A stretch of 64,000 nt of DNA. Source: an uncultured Planctomycetota bacterium. Lineage in GTDB: Bacteria > Planctomycetota > Planctomycetia > Isosphaerales > Isosphaeraceae. The stretch covers positions 256,001-320,000 of the forward strand of contig CAWGMQ010000011.1 in assembly GCA_963823665.1 (NCBI GenBank), read 5' to 3'. Shown one piece after another: positions 35,673-45,152 of the stretch. Numbering within the stretch: position 1 is the first letter of the stretch; each line of letters begins with the position of its first letter. The translations under genes were made by a program, and so were the position numbers. Under the pieces are notes generated by a model that did not search any database, was not told the DNA's origin, and saw nothing but the letters and a program-made list of their open reading frames with translations.

Positions 35673-36011
35673 CTACGTGAACATGACCTGCCCGGGGGTG
35701 TCCGGATGTGGCCGCGAAACGGAGATCTTCACGTCGCAGCCGAGCTCATTCAAGAACCGCATGAGGCGCGCCGTGGAAAAGCCTTCGAGCCGGCCAGTGG
35801 TGATGGCCGAGACCTTCGGCTGGTCGACGCCAAGTATTTCCGCTGCCTGCGCCTGAGTGAGGCGTCGGGCCTTGATGGCGCGCTTGATGTGAATCGCGAG
35901 CACCGATTTCGCCATCAGTGTATCGGCGTCCCTCAAGCCGAGATCGGCAAAAACATTGCCTGTGCTCTCCGTGACGCTGTCTTCCGGGGTGCGAGATTTC
36001 TTCGCCTTCAT
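35673..36011 (-). CDS. XRE/HigA-type antitoxin
   Basis: STGNVFADLG, LTQAQAAEILGVDQPKVS...GFSTARLMRFL; ATGA overlap with the toxin. Confidence 0.85.
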   Translation of the reverse strand: MKAKKSRTPEDSVTESTGNVFADLGLRDADTLMAKSVLAIHIKRAIKARRLTQAQAAEILGVDQPKVSAITTGRLEGFSTARLMRFLNELGCDVKISVSRPHPDTPGQVMFT

Positions 36012-36391
36012 GATAGGTTGCTCCTCTTTGCGCGCGTTCGAATTGCCACTTTCAAGCGGCGCTCGATCAGTGCCACAGTGTGTTTCGGGGTCTTGATCCC
36101 CTTCGTGGATTTCTTCTGAAAGCAATGCAGCACGTAAACGGCATCACCAAGTTGCACGGTATAAACAGCGCGGTACGTGCTACCATCGTGGTCCTCGACG
36201 ACTTCCAACACGCCGGCTCCGCCAAAGCCTCGCATGGGCTTGGAGTTGTCGGGCTTGCCTCCCGTCTGCGCCTCGTATAGGGCAAAGCCGATGGCTCGCA
36301 TGACGGGCTTGGGAAATCCCATGAGCTCGTCTTTCGAGGGACCGATCCAGCGGAGCGGCTTCACCGGCACGTGCGGTATCTTTTTGTCCAC
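36008..36391 (-). CDS. Gp49-like RelE/ParE superfamily toxin
   Basis: KPLRWIG.SKDEL..FP, KPMRGFGGAGVLEV, YRAVYTV, YVLHCFQKKS..GIKTP. Confidence 0.88.
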   Translation of the reverse strand: MDKKIPHVPVKPLRWIGPSKDELMGFPKPVMRAIGFALYEAQTGGKPDNSKPMRGFGGAGVLEVVEDHDGSTYRAVYTVQLGDAVYVLHCFQKKSTKGIKTPKHTVALIERRLKVAIRTRAKRSNLS

Positions 36392-36397
36392 GGCGAC

Positions 36398-36426
36398 AGT
36401 ATGCCAGAATTGGGCATAAAGATCAA
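36398..36426 (-). promoter_or_regulatory. TA operon promoter with an overlapping operator palindrome
   Basis: Minus strand TTGATC-N17-CATACT; inverted repeat TATGCC-N7-GGCATA at 36400..36418; GTG start 6 nt past the -10 box. Confidence 0.6.
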
Positions 36427-36464
36427 GCTTGATATAGCAAGCCTGCCTCGGCCAGATGGTGCAC

Positions 36465-36879
36465 GCCCCATCCGAGCGGCGACTTCGCGCAGGCGTGCGC
36501 GGCCGGCGGCAAAGAAGCGGCCCAGGCGGCGGCCCTTGCTCAGTTTGTCGATTCGGGCCCACCAGGTTTCGGCGGCCGAGCCGATTCGCTCCAGGATTTC
36601 GGACAGCTCAGCCGAGATGACGGCCTTGCCGTCGCGGAAGCGGCGGCCGGTGTATTCGACAAGGAGCAGGTAGTTTCCAAGCGAGAAGCCTTCGAGCATT
36701 CCTTCACGTGATGAGCCGACCTTGCGCCGATCTTCGACTGGGCAGAGCCAGATCTACTCGATTCGTGAACCAGATCACGCTTTGCAGTCGCTCGCGGGCG
36801 GTGGCAACCCACTGAGTATCCTGCAAACGCCACTCGACCCAGGCCTTACGTCGACAAGATGCGCGCGAGCGATCGCCAT
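36465..36879 (-). pseudogene. Internally deleted RAYT-like (Y1) transposase
   Basis: N-terminus MAIARAHLVDV at 36879, then C-terminal WLCPVEDRRKVGSSREGMLEGFSLGNYLLLVEYTGR...GRFFA..RARLREVA; no catalytic core is visible. Confidence 0.65.
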
Positions 36880-36987
36880 AGTTGGGTCTCCTGGTGTGGT
36901 TGGCAGAATCCAGCCCAACGCCTGCGGCCTGACTCGATCGAGAGAGCGACATCGACTCCGCGCCACAGGCACGCCTTGACGTAGCGC

Positions 36988-37647
36988 TCAACACCCGCGT
37001 CGTTCGAGCCATTGGTAATAGTCAAAGATGAGGTAGCTATCCTGAGTCGAATCGACAACCTCGTCCAGGAATTTCGAGAACGAGGAGGCTATCGGGACGA
37101 ACGGCCCAGTTTTCGGCGTTTCCGCCAACAGAGCCCAGGCCACTTCTCCGTTCGGCTTGAGGAGCACGGAGTCGCCGGTGTCGTGCATGTAGATAATTGG
37201 AGCTGGGGCCCACTGGCGGTCGCGATCGAATTCTTCGATCTCCTCCTCCCAACCGAGCGACTCGAACGGAGCCCACTCTTCGGGCCGTTCGAACCGCGAG
37301 GACGGGTGGCCGATGTCATCTCGCATCCCGTAAAAACTCGAATAGAATTCCCGGAGCACTTCGCATTCGGCAAAACCGTGCCGCGCAAGGGCGCCTTCGA
37401 GAGATCGCGGAGTTGGTGGCGACTCCAGGAAGAGCGAATGCTCGGCATCATACTGTTCGTAGCGAAGTTTGACGTACCAGCGCTCGCCTTCGCGCGCAAG
37501 CGCAGACGGCTCGCACCTCGCCAGGATCGTGTCGCCCAATCTCTTCACTGCGGCAGACGCGACCTTCGACCAGCCATCCTTGAGAAGCCGCGCCACCTTC
37601 TCGGGACTTGCGTCGATGAATCGCTCGATCCAGGGCGGAACTGCCAC
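36988..37647 (-). CDS. SMI1/KNR4 (SUKH)-like immunity protein
   Basis: LREFYSSFYG, GDSVLL..NGEV and PIASSFSKFLD patterns; start is approximate. Confidence 0.6.
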   Translation of the reverse strand: MAVPPWIERFIDASPEKVARLLKDGWSKVASAAVKRLGDTILARCEPSALAREGERWYVKLRYEQYDAEHSLFLESPPTPRSLEGALARHGFAECEVLREFYSSFYGMRDDIGHPSSRFERPEEWAPFESLGWEEEIEEFDRDRQWAPAPIIYMHDTGDSVLLKPNGEVAWALLAETPKTGPFVPIASSFSKFLDEVVDSTQDSYLIFDYYQWLERRGC

Positions 37648-37710
37648 TTCCGATTGCCGGTCGTTTCGTTCGCACGGGATAGCGTACATTTCAACACTCT
37701 CAGCGTTCGC

Positions 37711-38141
37711 CACTTGGATAGTCTCCTGTTCATTCAAGAGTTGGTTAGTGAATAGACTCTCCTCCAAGCCTGACTTGTTCGTCACTCGGGAGATCCTCTC
37801 GAATCTCTCGGGACTTCTTACGCCTTTCCAGCCGACGTGAATAGTACCCAGCCGGAGCCCCGATCAGCCAGGCGACAACAGTCCCGCCAGTAGCAAGCGC
37901 CGCGGCGTTCAAGTGTGGGTGGTCAATGCGAGGTGCCAAGAGCCAGACCGTACCAAGAACGGCCAGAAAGACCCGGGGATGACGTACAGCCCCGACGCCG
38001 AAGGCCGCCGAGACTGCGAGCCCGACCAGGATATCAACTGTCCTGTTTCGCGGCAGAAACGGTTCCCTGACTTCAAGAGCAACGAACGAAGCGATCACCA
38101 CCCAGACCATCACCCGGCTCAACGTGAATCGTAAACGTGGA
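37711..38141 (-). pseudogene. Diverged duplicate of 40121..40562 (3' half of a membrane protein gene)
   Basis: Shared nucleotide blocks and shared protein RLRFTLSR...EPFLPRN.TVDILVGLAVSAAFGVGAVRHPRVFL...IREDLPSDEQ. Confidence 0.8.
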
Positions 38142-38144
38142 GTC

Positions 38145-38315
38145 CGACTGGCAGCGCAGTGCGTCCATCTGCACCACGACCTTGATGGAACGTAAGTCGA
38201 GTTCGATATTCCCACTCTTGAGGAAGACATCGGCGAGCTGTTCCTTGGTGTACTCAATCGGATCGACCAGCGTCGTGACCAAGACGATCTCGCGCACGCG
38301 ATATCCAGGTTTGTG
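38145..38315 (-). mobile_element. Internal fragment of an IS4-family transposase
   Basis: PGYRVREIVLVTTLVDP..YTKEQLADVF...NIELDLRSIK...MDALRC. Confidence 0.7.
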
Positions 38316-38474
38316 GCTCACAAAGGGGCACGCGGTTCTTGGACTTCTTGGTCTTCCACTGCTCACGCCGACGGGGCTTTTGATGCGATGAAATGGCTCG
38401 GCAGGCATCGCTTTACTTTGACCCCCAACTCTGCCTGATGATATGCTTGAAAGCAGCAAAAGGAGCGTCCCGCG

Positions 38475-38855
38475 ATGGCCACCGAACGAGCGAACGACCT
38501 TGTAGCATTCAAAAAGTTCATCGACGAGCAGCTCTCAAACGGCGGGACCGACCTCACGCTCAACGAGGCTCTGCTGCGTTGGGAGCATGAGAACCAGACG
38601 CCCGAGGAGCAGAAGGCAAATCACCAGGCCTATCAAGAGGGCGGCACGGAATTACATGCCGGACAAAGCAGACCAATTGACGAGGTAATTGAAGAACTCC
38701 GCAAGAAGCATGGCCTCACCTTGCCTGCACGTACCTTGCAGAGCAATCCTCAAGAGTGGATTAAACGCCTGCACGAATTTGTCGCATCGCAGCCTATTCG
38801 ACCAAACAAGATGGATGACAGCCGCGAGAGCATCTACGCTGGCCGCGGCGAATGA
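38475..38855 (+). CDS. Antitoxin, apparently chimeric
   Basis: AAGGAG RBS; ends EWIKRLHEF...MDDSRESIYAGRGE; ATGA overlap with the PIN toxin. Confidence 0.7.
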   Translation: MATERANDLVAFKKFIDEQLSNGGTDLTLNEALLRWEHENQTPEEQKANHQAYQEGGTELHAGQSRPIDEVIEELRKKHGLTLPARTLQSNPQEWIKRLHEFVASQPIRPNKMDDSRESIYAGRGE

Positions 38856-39328
38856 ATTATCTGGTCGACACGAACATTCTGACCCGCCTTGCCGAACCAA
38901 CTCACGCCATGCATCAAGAGACCCTTGATGCGGTGGCACTTCTTGTTCTTCAAGGCCACACGCTCTGCGTTGTTTCCCAGAATTTTTATGAATTCTGGGT
39001 CGTCGCTACCCGCCCAGCAAGCGTCAATGGACTTGGAAGAACAGCTTCAGAAGCTATCGCTGAACTCGTCTACTTTGAAGGATTATTTACTTGGCTTGAT
39101 GAAACCGTGCCTCTTTACAGTGTCTGGCGATGACTGGTCACCTCGACACCAATTCTTGGCAAAAATGCCCATGATGCTCGTTTTGTCGCGGCCATGTCCG
39201 TGCACGGCTTGACGCATCTACTGACGTTCAACACTCAAGATTTTCGGCAATACTCCACAATAACAGCAGTGACCCCTGCGGATGTTATAACACCGGCACT
39301 TCCTGCATCAGGGGCGACGACGCCGTAA
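38852..39328 (+). pseudogene. vapC: VapC/PIN toxin with an in-frame premature TGA at 39131
   Basis: YLVDTNIL, QNFYEFWVVATRP..NGLG, then after the TGA the same frame continues GKNAHDARFVAAM.VHGLTHLLTFN..DF to TAA 39328. Confidence 0.85.
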
Positions 39329-39441
39329 CCTCATACGGCGCAGGCACGCAGATTGCATAAACAAAACGAGCCAAGGTCAGGCTGCTCCCCGCATCTTCCC
39401 GCGCCCGCCTGTCCGGCTCAGCTATGATTCACCGTTGTCAC

Positions 39442-39933
39442 TCACTCGGGGGCGAGCGCCTCGACATCGGGCGGCCACCCTGAGTCATACCTGTACGTTA
39501 AGACGGGAAACCAAGCGCCGAACAGGCAGACGTAGACGCTGTCCCTACCCGTGATACCAATCTTGTCTTGAGTGAAGACGGCGCTCTCGACGCGGGCGAT
39601 CACCAGCCAGTTCCAGGTTACGGACACCGACACGCGCGGCCCGAGCGCGTCGAACGAACTCCTGGGCGGTACGGTTGGCACGACCCGCACGGGCAGCGCT
39701 TGCCGGAGATATCGGCGTTGAGCCGAAGAGATAGCCAGCTTGGAGGAGAGGTAGACCGCGGGGGCCTTCGCGATGTCGTCATCGCGGTAGAGGTTTCGGA
39801 CGGCCGCCCACGGCAACCGGAAGTAACCCCAGGCGATCCCGGCCGAGTAGAGCAACAAGAGAGTGAAGAAGATGCGTCGGCGAGCCTTCGTGTTGCGATC
39901 ATCGCCGAACGAGCTGTCGCTGGAAACTCTCAT
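39442..39933 (-). CDS. Hypothetical membrane-anchored protein
   Basis: RRRIFFTLLLLYSAGIAWGYF TM segment; YVCLFGAW near the C-terminus; start is approximate. Confidence 0.55.
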   Translation of the reverse strand: MRVSSDSSFGDDRNTKARRRIFFTLLLLYSAGIAWGYFRLPWAAVRNLYRDDDIAKAPAVYLSSKLAISSAQRRYLRQALPVRVVPTVPPRSSFDALGPRVSVSVTWNWLVIARVESAVFTQDKIGITGRDSVYVCLFGAWFPVLTYRYDSGWPPDVEALAPE

Positions 39934-40156
39934 CTCTAGTTGGCCCGTTACCTCTGGGTTTCGACGTAAGCCCTGAATCGATCGATCAACGATCGCAATT
40001 CCGATCCCGCTATTCACACTTTGCACTTCGTACAAATGTAACACGGGCACGTTCGGCCGCCAAGCGCTCGTCGCTGTCGACAAGAGAAGATTTCTACCGA
40101 CCCTGGTAAACAGGGCCCATCCCCTTGGATCGTCTCCCTGTTCCTTGAAGAGCGGC

Positions 40157-40879
40157 TTATGGAAAAAACCCGTCCCCCAGCCTGCCTTGTTCGTCACTTG
40201 GGAGATCCTCTCGAATCCCTCGGAACTTCCTATGCCTTTCCAGCCGTCGTGAACAGCACCCAGCCCGAGCGCCGATCAGCCAGGCTGTGAAAGATCCTCC
40301 AACCGAAAGCGTCGCGGCGTTGACCTCGGGGTGGTCAATGCGAGGTGCCAAGAGCCAGACCGCAACAAGAATGACCAGAAAGACTCGGGGATGACGTACA
40401 GCACCGACGCCGAAGGCCGCCGAGACTGCGAGCCCGACCAGGATATCAACCGTCTTGTTTCGCGGCAGAAACGGTTCCCAGAGTTCAAGAGCAACGAAGG
40501 AAGCCATCGCCGCCATCACCACCCAGAGCATCGCCCGGCTCAACGTGAATCGTAAACGTGGAAACCTCCCGGCCGAAATCTTGACATGAACCGCCGTACG
40601 CACCGATCGCAGCGTGCTCGGCGACTCCCCGGGACGGATCAAAGCGACCAGCAACCCGATGACGATCAGCCCCAGCGCGAGCATCGTAACCGGCAAGAGT
40701 CCGCCGCTCGAATAGGGGCGGAGTAACCCCCAGCCGTCGAGAACGGATTCCTCAATGCTCGTCAGCGCGAGAACCAGCAAAAGTAACCATAGGCCGGCCG
40801 ACATCAGCAGGACGCCGATCAGGAACGGAATCTTTTGAAGCAACCGAAGTCCGGCCGCGATCGGCAATGGTTGTCGCAT
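40157..40879 (-). CDS. Multi-pass membrane protein with internal RLRFTL motif
   Basis: 240-aa ORF with about seven hydrophobic segments. Confidence 0.65.
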   Translation of the reverse strand: MRQPLPIAAGLRLLQKIPFLIGVLLMSAGLWLLLLVLALTSIEESVLDGWGLLRPYSSGGLLPVTMLALGLIVIGLLVALIRPGESPSTLRSVRTAVHVKISAGRFPRLRFTLSRAMLWVVMAAMASFVALELWEPFLPRNKTVDILVGLAVSAAFGVGAVRHPRVFLVILVAVWLLAPRIDHPEVNAATLSVGGSFTAWLIGARAGCCSRRLERHRKFRGIREDLPSDEQGRLGDGFFP

Positions 40880-41057
40880 AAGGAAAGCCTTGTGACGAAG
40901 CTCGACGCGCCGACCCGCCGAGTGAGAAGTTTAATCCCAACCCGCGTCTCGAGTATTCATCCGGTTCGGGTGAGTAATGCTCAAGAGCGCCGCCGTATTC
41001 CCGATTGGTCTCGCCTATAATGTACCAAGCTTGGAGACGGACAAGAGGATCCCACCG

Positions 41058-41819
41058 GTGCGACAGTTTTCGATCCGGAAAATGATGCTCGGCGTCGTGG
41101 TACTGGCGATCGCGTCCGAGTTGATCGCCATGTGGGACAGAGCATGGGCCCGTGGTAGAGAAGTCCAGTGCGAGCAACATCTGCATGAAGTCGGTTTTGG
41201 TCTCCTCGGCTATCTCAACAGCCATTCCGCATTCCCGCCCGGCACGTGGCCGAACCCAGATCTCGCGCCGGAAGACAGAATCAGCTTGTGGGGCCCTGTC
41301 AGCCCCTATCTCGATCAACAGCTCTGGTTCGATGTTGCGCAAAGCGAAGCCTGGAACCATGCCGGTATCAACGACGAAGTATCAAGACACTGTGTTTACG
41401 CATCTGCGTGTTCCGAAGCAACTCGGCCGGTCACAGGGAAGCTGCAACCCATGAGCTACATCGCCATCGCCGGCGTGGGCGCCGACGCGCCGCTCGTGCT
41501 CAAGAGTGATCCCTGCGCGGGCGTGTTCGGCTATAATCGCCAGACCACGCTCGCTGACATCAAAGACGGCGCCGCGACCACGATGATGATCGCAGAAACA
41601 GCACAGGTCAGCGGTTCATGGTTTCAGGGCGGACCGGCAACCGTCCGCGGTCTGGATCAAGCTCAACAGCCCTACATCGGCCCCGCCCGGCAGTTCGGTG
41701 GATTGCACAGCGGCGGAGCGTACATCGTGATGGCCGACGGATCGGTTCGCTGGATCAGCGATTCGATTACCAGGAAGGCGTTCGAATCGTTGTCGACGAT
41801 CGCGGGAGGCGAGAAATGA
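41058..41819 (+). CDS. DUF1559 (PulG-like) protein with C-terminal H-X9-DG motif
   Basis: C..HL..VG.GL..Y......FPPG, LADIKDG...T.MIAE, GGLHSGGAYIVMADGSVRWI. Confidence 0.85.
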   Translation: MRQFSIRKMMLGVVVLAIASELIAMWDRAWARGREVQCEQHLHEVGFGLLGYLNSHSAFPPGTWPNPDLAPEDRISLWGPVSPYLDQQLWFDVAQSEAWNHAGINDEVSRHCVYASACSEATRPVTGKLQPMSYIAIAGVGADAPLVLKSDPCAGVFGYNRQTTLADIKDGAATTMMIAETAQVSGSWFQGGPATVRGLDQAQQPYIGPARQFGGLHSGGAYIVMADGSVRWISDSITRKAFESLSTIAGGEK

Positions 41820-42274
41820 TTCAGGCAAGCATTGACGAGATCGGCCGTTCAAATATTACCTGCCGCTTGTACAAGACGGAACAGCTCTGAACTTGAACAA
41901 AGGGGGTTGAGAGTGATCAAGATAACTGACTGAGTGCTGATCAAGGTAAGCGATGGGATGTCGTCGACCAGGCTGGCTCTCCGGGTAACAGCGGCCCTTT
42001 TTCCACCTCCTTCGGCGGAATCTGTGGGCTTGCCAGGCTCCGTTCCGGCTCGGCAAGAGGGGCTAGGGGCAACCACTTTGGGGGATCAGTCGGAGCGGGA
42101 CAGACCCCCTGATGCTCGAATCGTGATCCCAGCGCGAAAACGGGCAACGGAGGGATGTTGAATGCTCTTTGCGTCCCCGGTCAGAACGCGGCGCACGCCG
42201 TCGGCATCGGAGACCAAACAGCCGCCTGATCCACGGAGCCGGAGGCGGCGCCATCCGCAGTGTCGCGACTCGAG

Positions 42275-42748
42275 TCACTTCTTTTTTTTGTCCGCCTTGA
42301 TCCGCGGCTCGAAATACGCCTGGGCGAGGTCGTCCCAGTCGTGGTCCATGAACTCGCTGTCGAAATCACCAATTCGGTCGTATACGGAGTCGGGAAGGAT
42401 CGATCCCGCATCCTTGACGATTGCGCCATCGCGATGAACCTCGCTTCCCATGAGGACAAGCAATTCGTCGGTCGACTTGCTCGCAGCCGGGAAATGCTCT
42501 TCGATGAGGCCCTGGCAACGGTCGAGTAGCTTCGCGGTTTTTGCGGCACCGATCTTTTTGAACGCCCGGCTGGCATAGAGGTACGTTGGTCGTCCGCAGT
42601 TCACGAGGAACTGGATGTACCCGCCGTTGAAGATATGCGTGAGCGCTCGCTCGAGCGCGACCAGCTCACGCTGCCATTCTTCGGGAAGTGCCTCGAGTTC
42701 GTAGTTGACCGCTTCGTCGTATTTGTTCGCTGCGTCGTACCACTTCAC
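42275..42748 (-). CDS. DUF4375/DMP19-like protein
   Basis: NGGYIQFLVN...AFKKIGAAKTAKLL...FDSEF. Confidence 0.75.
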   Translation of the reverse strand: MKWYDAANKYDEAVNYELEALPEEWQRELVALERALTHIFNGGYIQFLVNCGRPTYLYASRAFKKIGAAKTAKLLDRCQGLIEEHFPAASKSTDELLVLMGSEVHRDGAIVKDAGSILPDSVYDRIGDFDSEFMDHDWDDLAQAYFEPRIKADKKKK

Positions 42749-43169
42749 AACGAAGACTCCGGTTGCTTTGGGCCTGATCAATGACACCCGCCACGGCACT
42801 GTTACCAACTGTATGTTTGCACTATGATCAAATCAGATGAGCGCACGGCTGCTTCGATCGTGAACACCGTGAAACGGCCAGACGGATCGGAGAACTCATC
42901 GGAGAGCCGCCCATGGATCTGAGGCGTCGGATCTCCCCCTTCGTTAACTTTGTTGCCTCGTGTTCGAGACTGGCTCTGCACCACCCACGACAAGTCCCGA
43001 GTAGAGTTCGGTCCAGCGGTCATGACAGCTTGTCAATTCGGTTCCTCGATCCGCCTCACCTTCATCGACCGGTCCGTCCACCGCCAACTCCGAATCGCGC
43101 CGCATGTGCGTGCCCTCGGTCTCTCGGGCTGCGCCCTGTCCGCTTTGCACCGTTGCGCCTTTGCGTCAC

Positions 43170-43654
43170 ACCAGCTCCTGCCGCATAGATCATAAGCTCC
43201 CTGATCGTGAGCTGCCTTTTGCGAATCGTTGACACCAAGCTCCAAATGAGGAAGGCAAACGAACAGATCGCCAAACCGATCGAAATCAGAAACACAAAAT
43301 GCGCAATCAATTGATATGAATAGAAATCTATCAACGCTGCCTCGGTGCGTTGGGTCACGGATTGATTCGTGTTGCCACTATCCAGATCGTCGCACCAGCC
43401 ATTCCGAGAAACCATCCGACTGCTGCTGCAAGCGCCAGGTGCTGCGTGCCAGGAGCGAAGCCGGAATCACGGTGCCGCAACCAACTCCGGTGGCGTAACC
43501 ATTGCATCCAGAATTGCCAGACTCCACCCGCTATCAAGAAAATCGCCGGGCCGATTCCGTTCCAGCTCCAGCCCTGAGCGAGAACTGACATCACGGCCGC
43601 AGCGACGGAGACGATCAGCAGGATGAAGTCCATCGGATTCATCAAATCGCTCAC
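43170..43654 (-). CDS. Hypothetical membrane protein, probably frameshifted or truncated
   Basis: Hydrophobic ORF 43355..43654 continues in the 43062..43415 frame up to RQLTIRELMIY. Confidence 0.4.
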
Positions 43655-43680
43655 AAGGGCTCAGGCCCTTGGTAGTCCGG

Positions 43681-44757
43681 TCAGAAGTACCACGTGTCGC
43701 CTTCGACCCTGGTCAAGACGACGCACCGCGTCGCCACCCGCCAGATAGCACGGAAAATAGGCGTATCATCATATCGATAGATGTATGGAAACGCGGCTGC
43801 AATCGCGCGAGTCGCGTGCACGGCATTGTAGTGAGGGATGTGCGGAAACAGATGGTGCACCACGTGCGTGCTGCCGATGTTGCAGTGGAGATAGTCGAGC
43901 AATCGACCGTACGGACGATCGACAGTCTGAAATGCGCCCAGTACTGACGTCCAATCCTTGGAACCGAAGTGTGGTACGTCGACATCGGTGTGGTGCAACC
44001 ATGTATAAGCAACAACCCACGCGTTGACGACGAGATAGGGGCCTCCGTAAACGAGCGCCGGCGCCATCCAACCGTCTCGACTCCCCCAGCACGCTAGAAG
44101 GATCATCGTACAGGCGATCCCTCCGCTCGAGACGATTGACTTCCATTTGCCGGGAGACAACCGGGTTGCGAACGGCCAGAAATGGCTTGTAGCGCGCCTG
44201 TGACGCGTCGATAGACCACCGATCGTTACATAGACAATCCATCCGATCAGAAAGTAGACCGAAATCACCAGCGGCCCGAAAGCCCATCCCAGCAGGCGCT
44301 GGATCCGAGCCCAAGTTCGCCCGGCGGCAGTTTCGATGGTCGGCGGCACATGGGTTTCACCTTCGTCAAGGTGGTTCGTGCGCGCGTGATGCCACGCGTG
44401 ACTCTTCCGCCAAGTAAAATAGGGTACCAGCAGGGCAGAGTGGAGAATGAAACCGACCGCCGTCTCAAGACGCTTTCGTCGTGAGAAGGCGTGGTGACCA
44501 CACTCATGCGCCAGAACCCATAGTCCATTCGCAATCGTTCCGTTGACAGCCGCGTAAACGATCCAGAACGGTGCGAAAGCCCACGCCTTGGGGATCGCGA
44601 GGTAGGCAGCCACTCCCAGGCCAATGGTCATCATCAGCAAAGAAGCCAGGCGCCTGAACGCGACGCGTTCGTTCGTTTCGAAGCAATGCGCAGGTATGAC
44701 CGTCATCAACTCACGCCGATCCGGGATGTGCAACTCTTCGGTCGATTTGCCACTCAT
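43681..44757 (-). CDS. Membrane fatty acid desaturase, Delta12/omega-6 (FAD2-like)
   Basis: His boxes HECGH, HAWHH, HVVHH; HSALLVPYF, GETHVP, TVDRPYG, IPHYNA; AGGAG RBS before ATG 44757. Confidence 0.88.
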   Translation of the reverse strand: MSGKSTEELHIPDRRELMTVIPAHCFETNERVAFRRLASLLMMTIGLGVAAYLAIPKAWAFAPFWIVYAAVNGTIANGLWVLAHECGHHAFSRRKRLETAVGFILHSALLVPYFTWRKSHAWHHARTNHLDEGETHVPPTIETAAGRTWARIQRLLGWAFGPLVISVYFLIGWIVYVTIGGLSTRHRRATSHFWPFATRLSPGKWKSIVSSGGIACTMILLACWGSRDGWMAPALVYGGPYLVVNAWVVAYTWLHHTDVDVPHFGSKDWTSVLGAFQTVDRPYGRLLDYLHCNIGSTHVVHHLFPHIPHYNAVHATRAIAAAFPYIYRYDDTPIFRAIWRVATRCVVLTRVEGDTWYF

Positions 44758-45152
44758 GGATGTCTCCTGATCGATTAGATGGCTCAAACTCCGGGCGATC
44801 GTGATCATCAGCAGCCTTGAGATCAGGAAGCGTGTCGCGACGACCGAACCTTACAAAAAGCTCCAGGATTCCTCGCCTCGGTGCGGCCTCGACCCGACGG
44901 CCTGGCTCCCCGGCGGGTACCAAGCCTGGCTCGAGTGTGGGGGGATTCTATCACATTTCCGTTCGCGGCGGTGAAAGGTTGCGGCCGTGACCTACGCCGC
45001 CCACCGGATGAAGTTCCAAAAGCTACGAGGACGTTCGTCAACTCTGGAGTGGTTCATGGCTGGAGTATACAAGATCCCAGTCACTTGCAAACGACATGAT
45101 CTCACCTCATTCTACATAAATCACCAGGCCCCAGGCCGACGGAGAACCATTT

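Noticed and set aside
39131..39133. Selenocysteine or alternative-code readthrough of the VapC TGA
   Set aside because: TGA is an ordinary stop in many genes here and the position is not an obvious Cys site; a nonsense mutation is simpler.
41850..42140. IS3-like terminal remnants (also near 44988 and 52351)
   Set aside because: Only a vague resemblance to IS ends, with no partner IR or transposase found.
34382..45100. Classical integron cassette array
   Set aside because: No integron integrase, no consistent attC sites found, and gene orientation is mixed.
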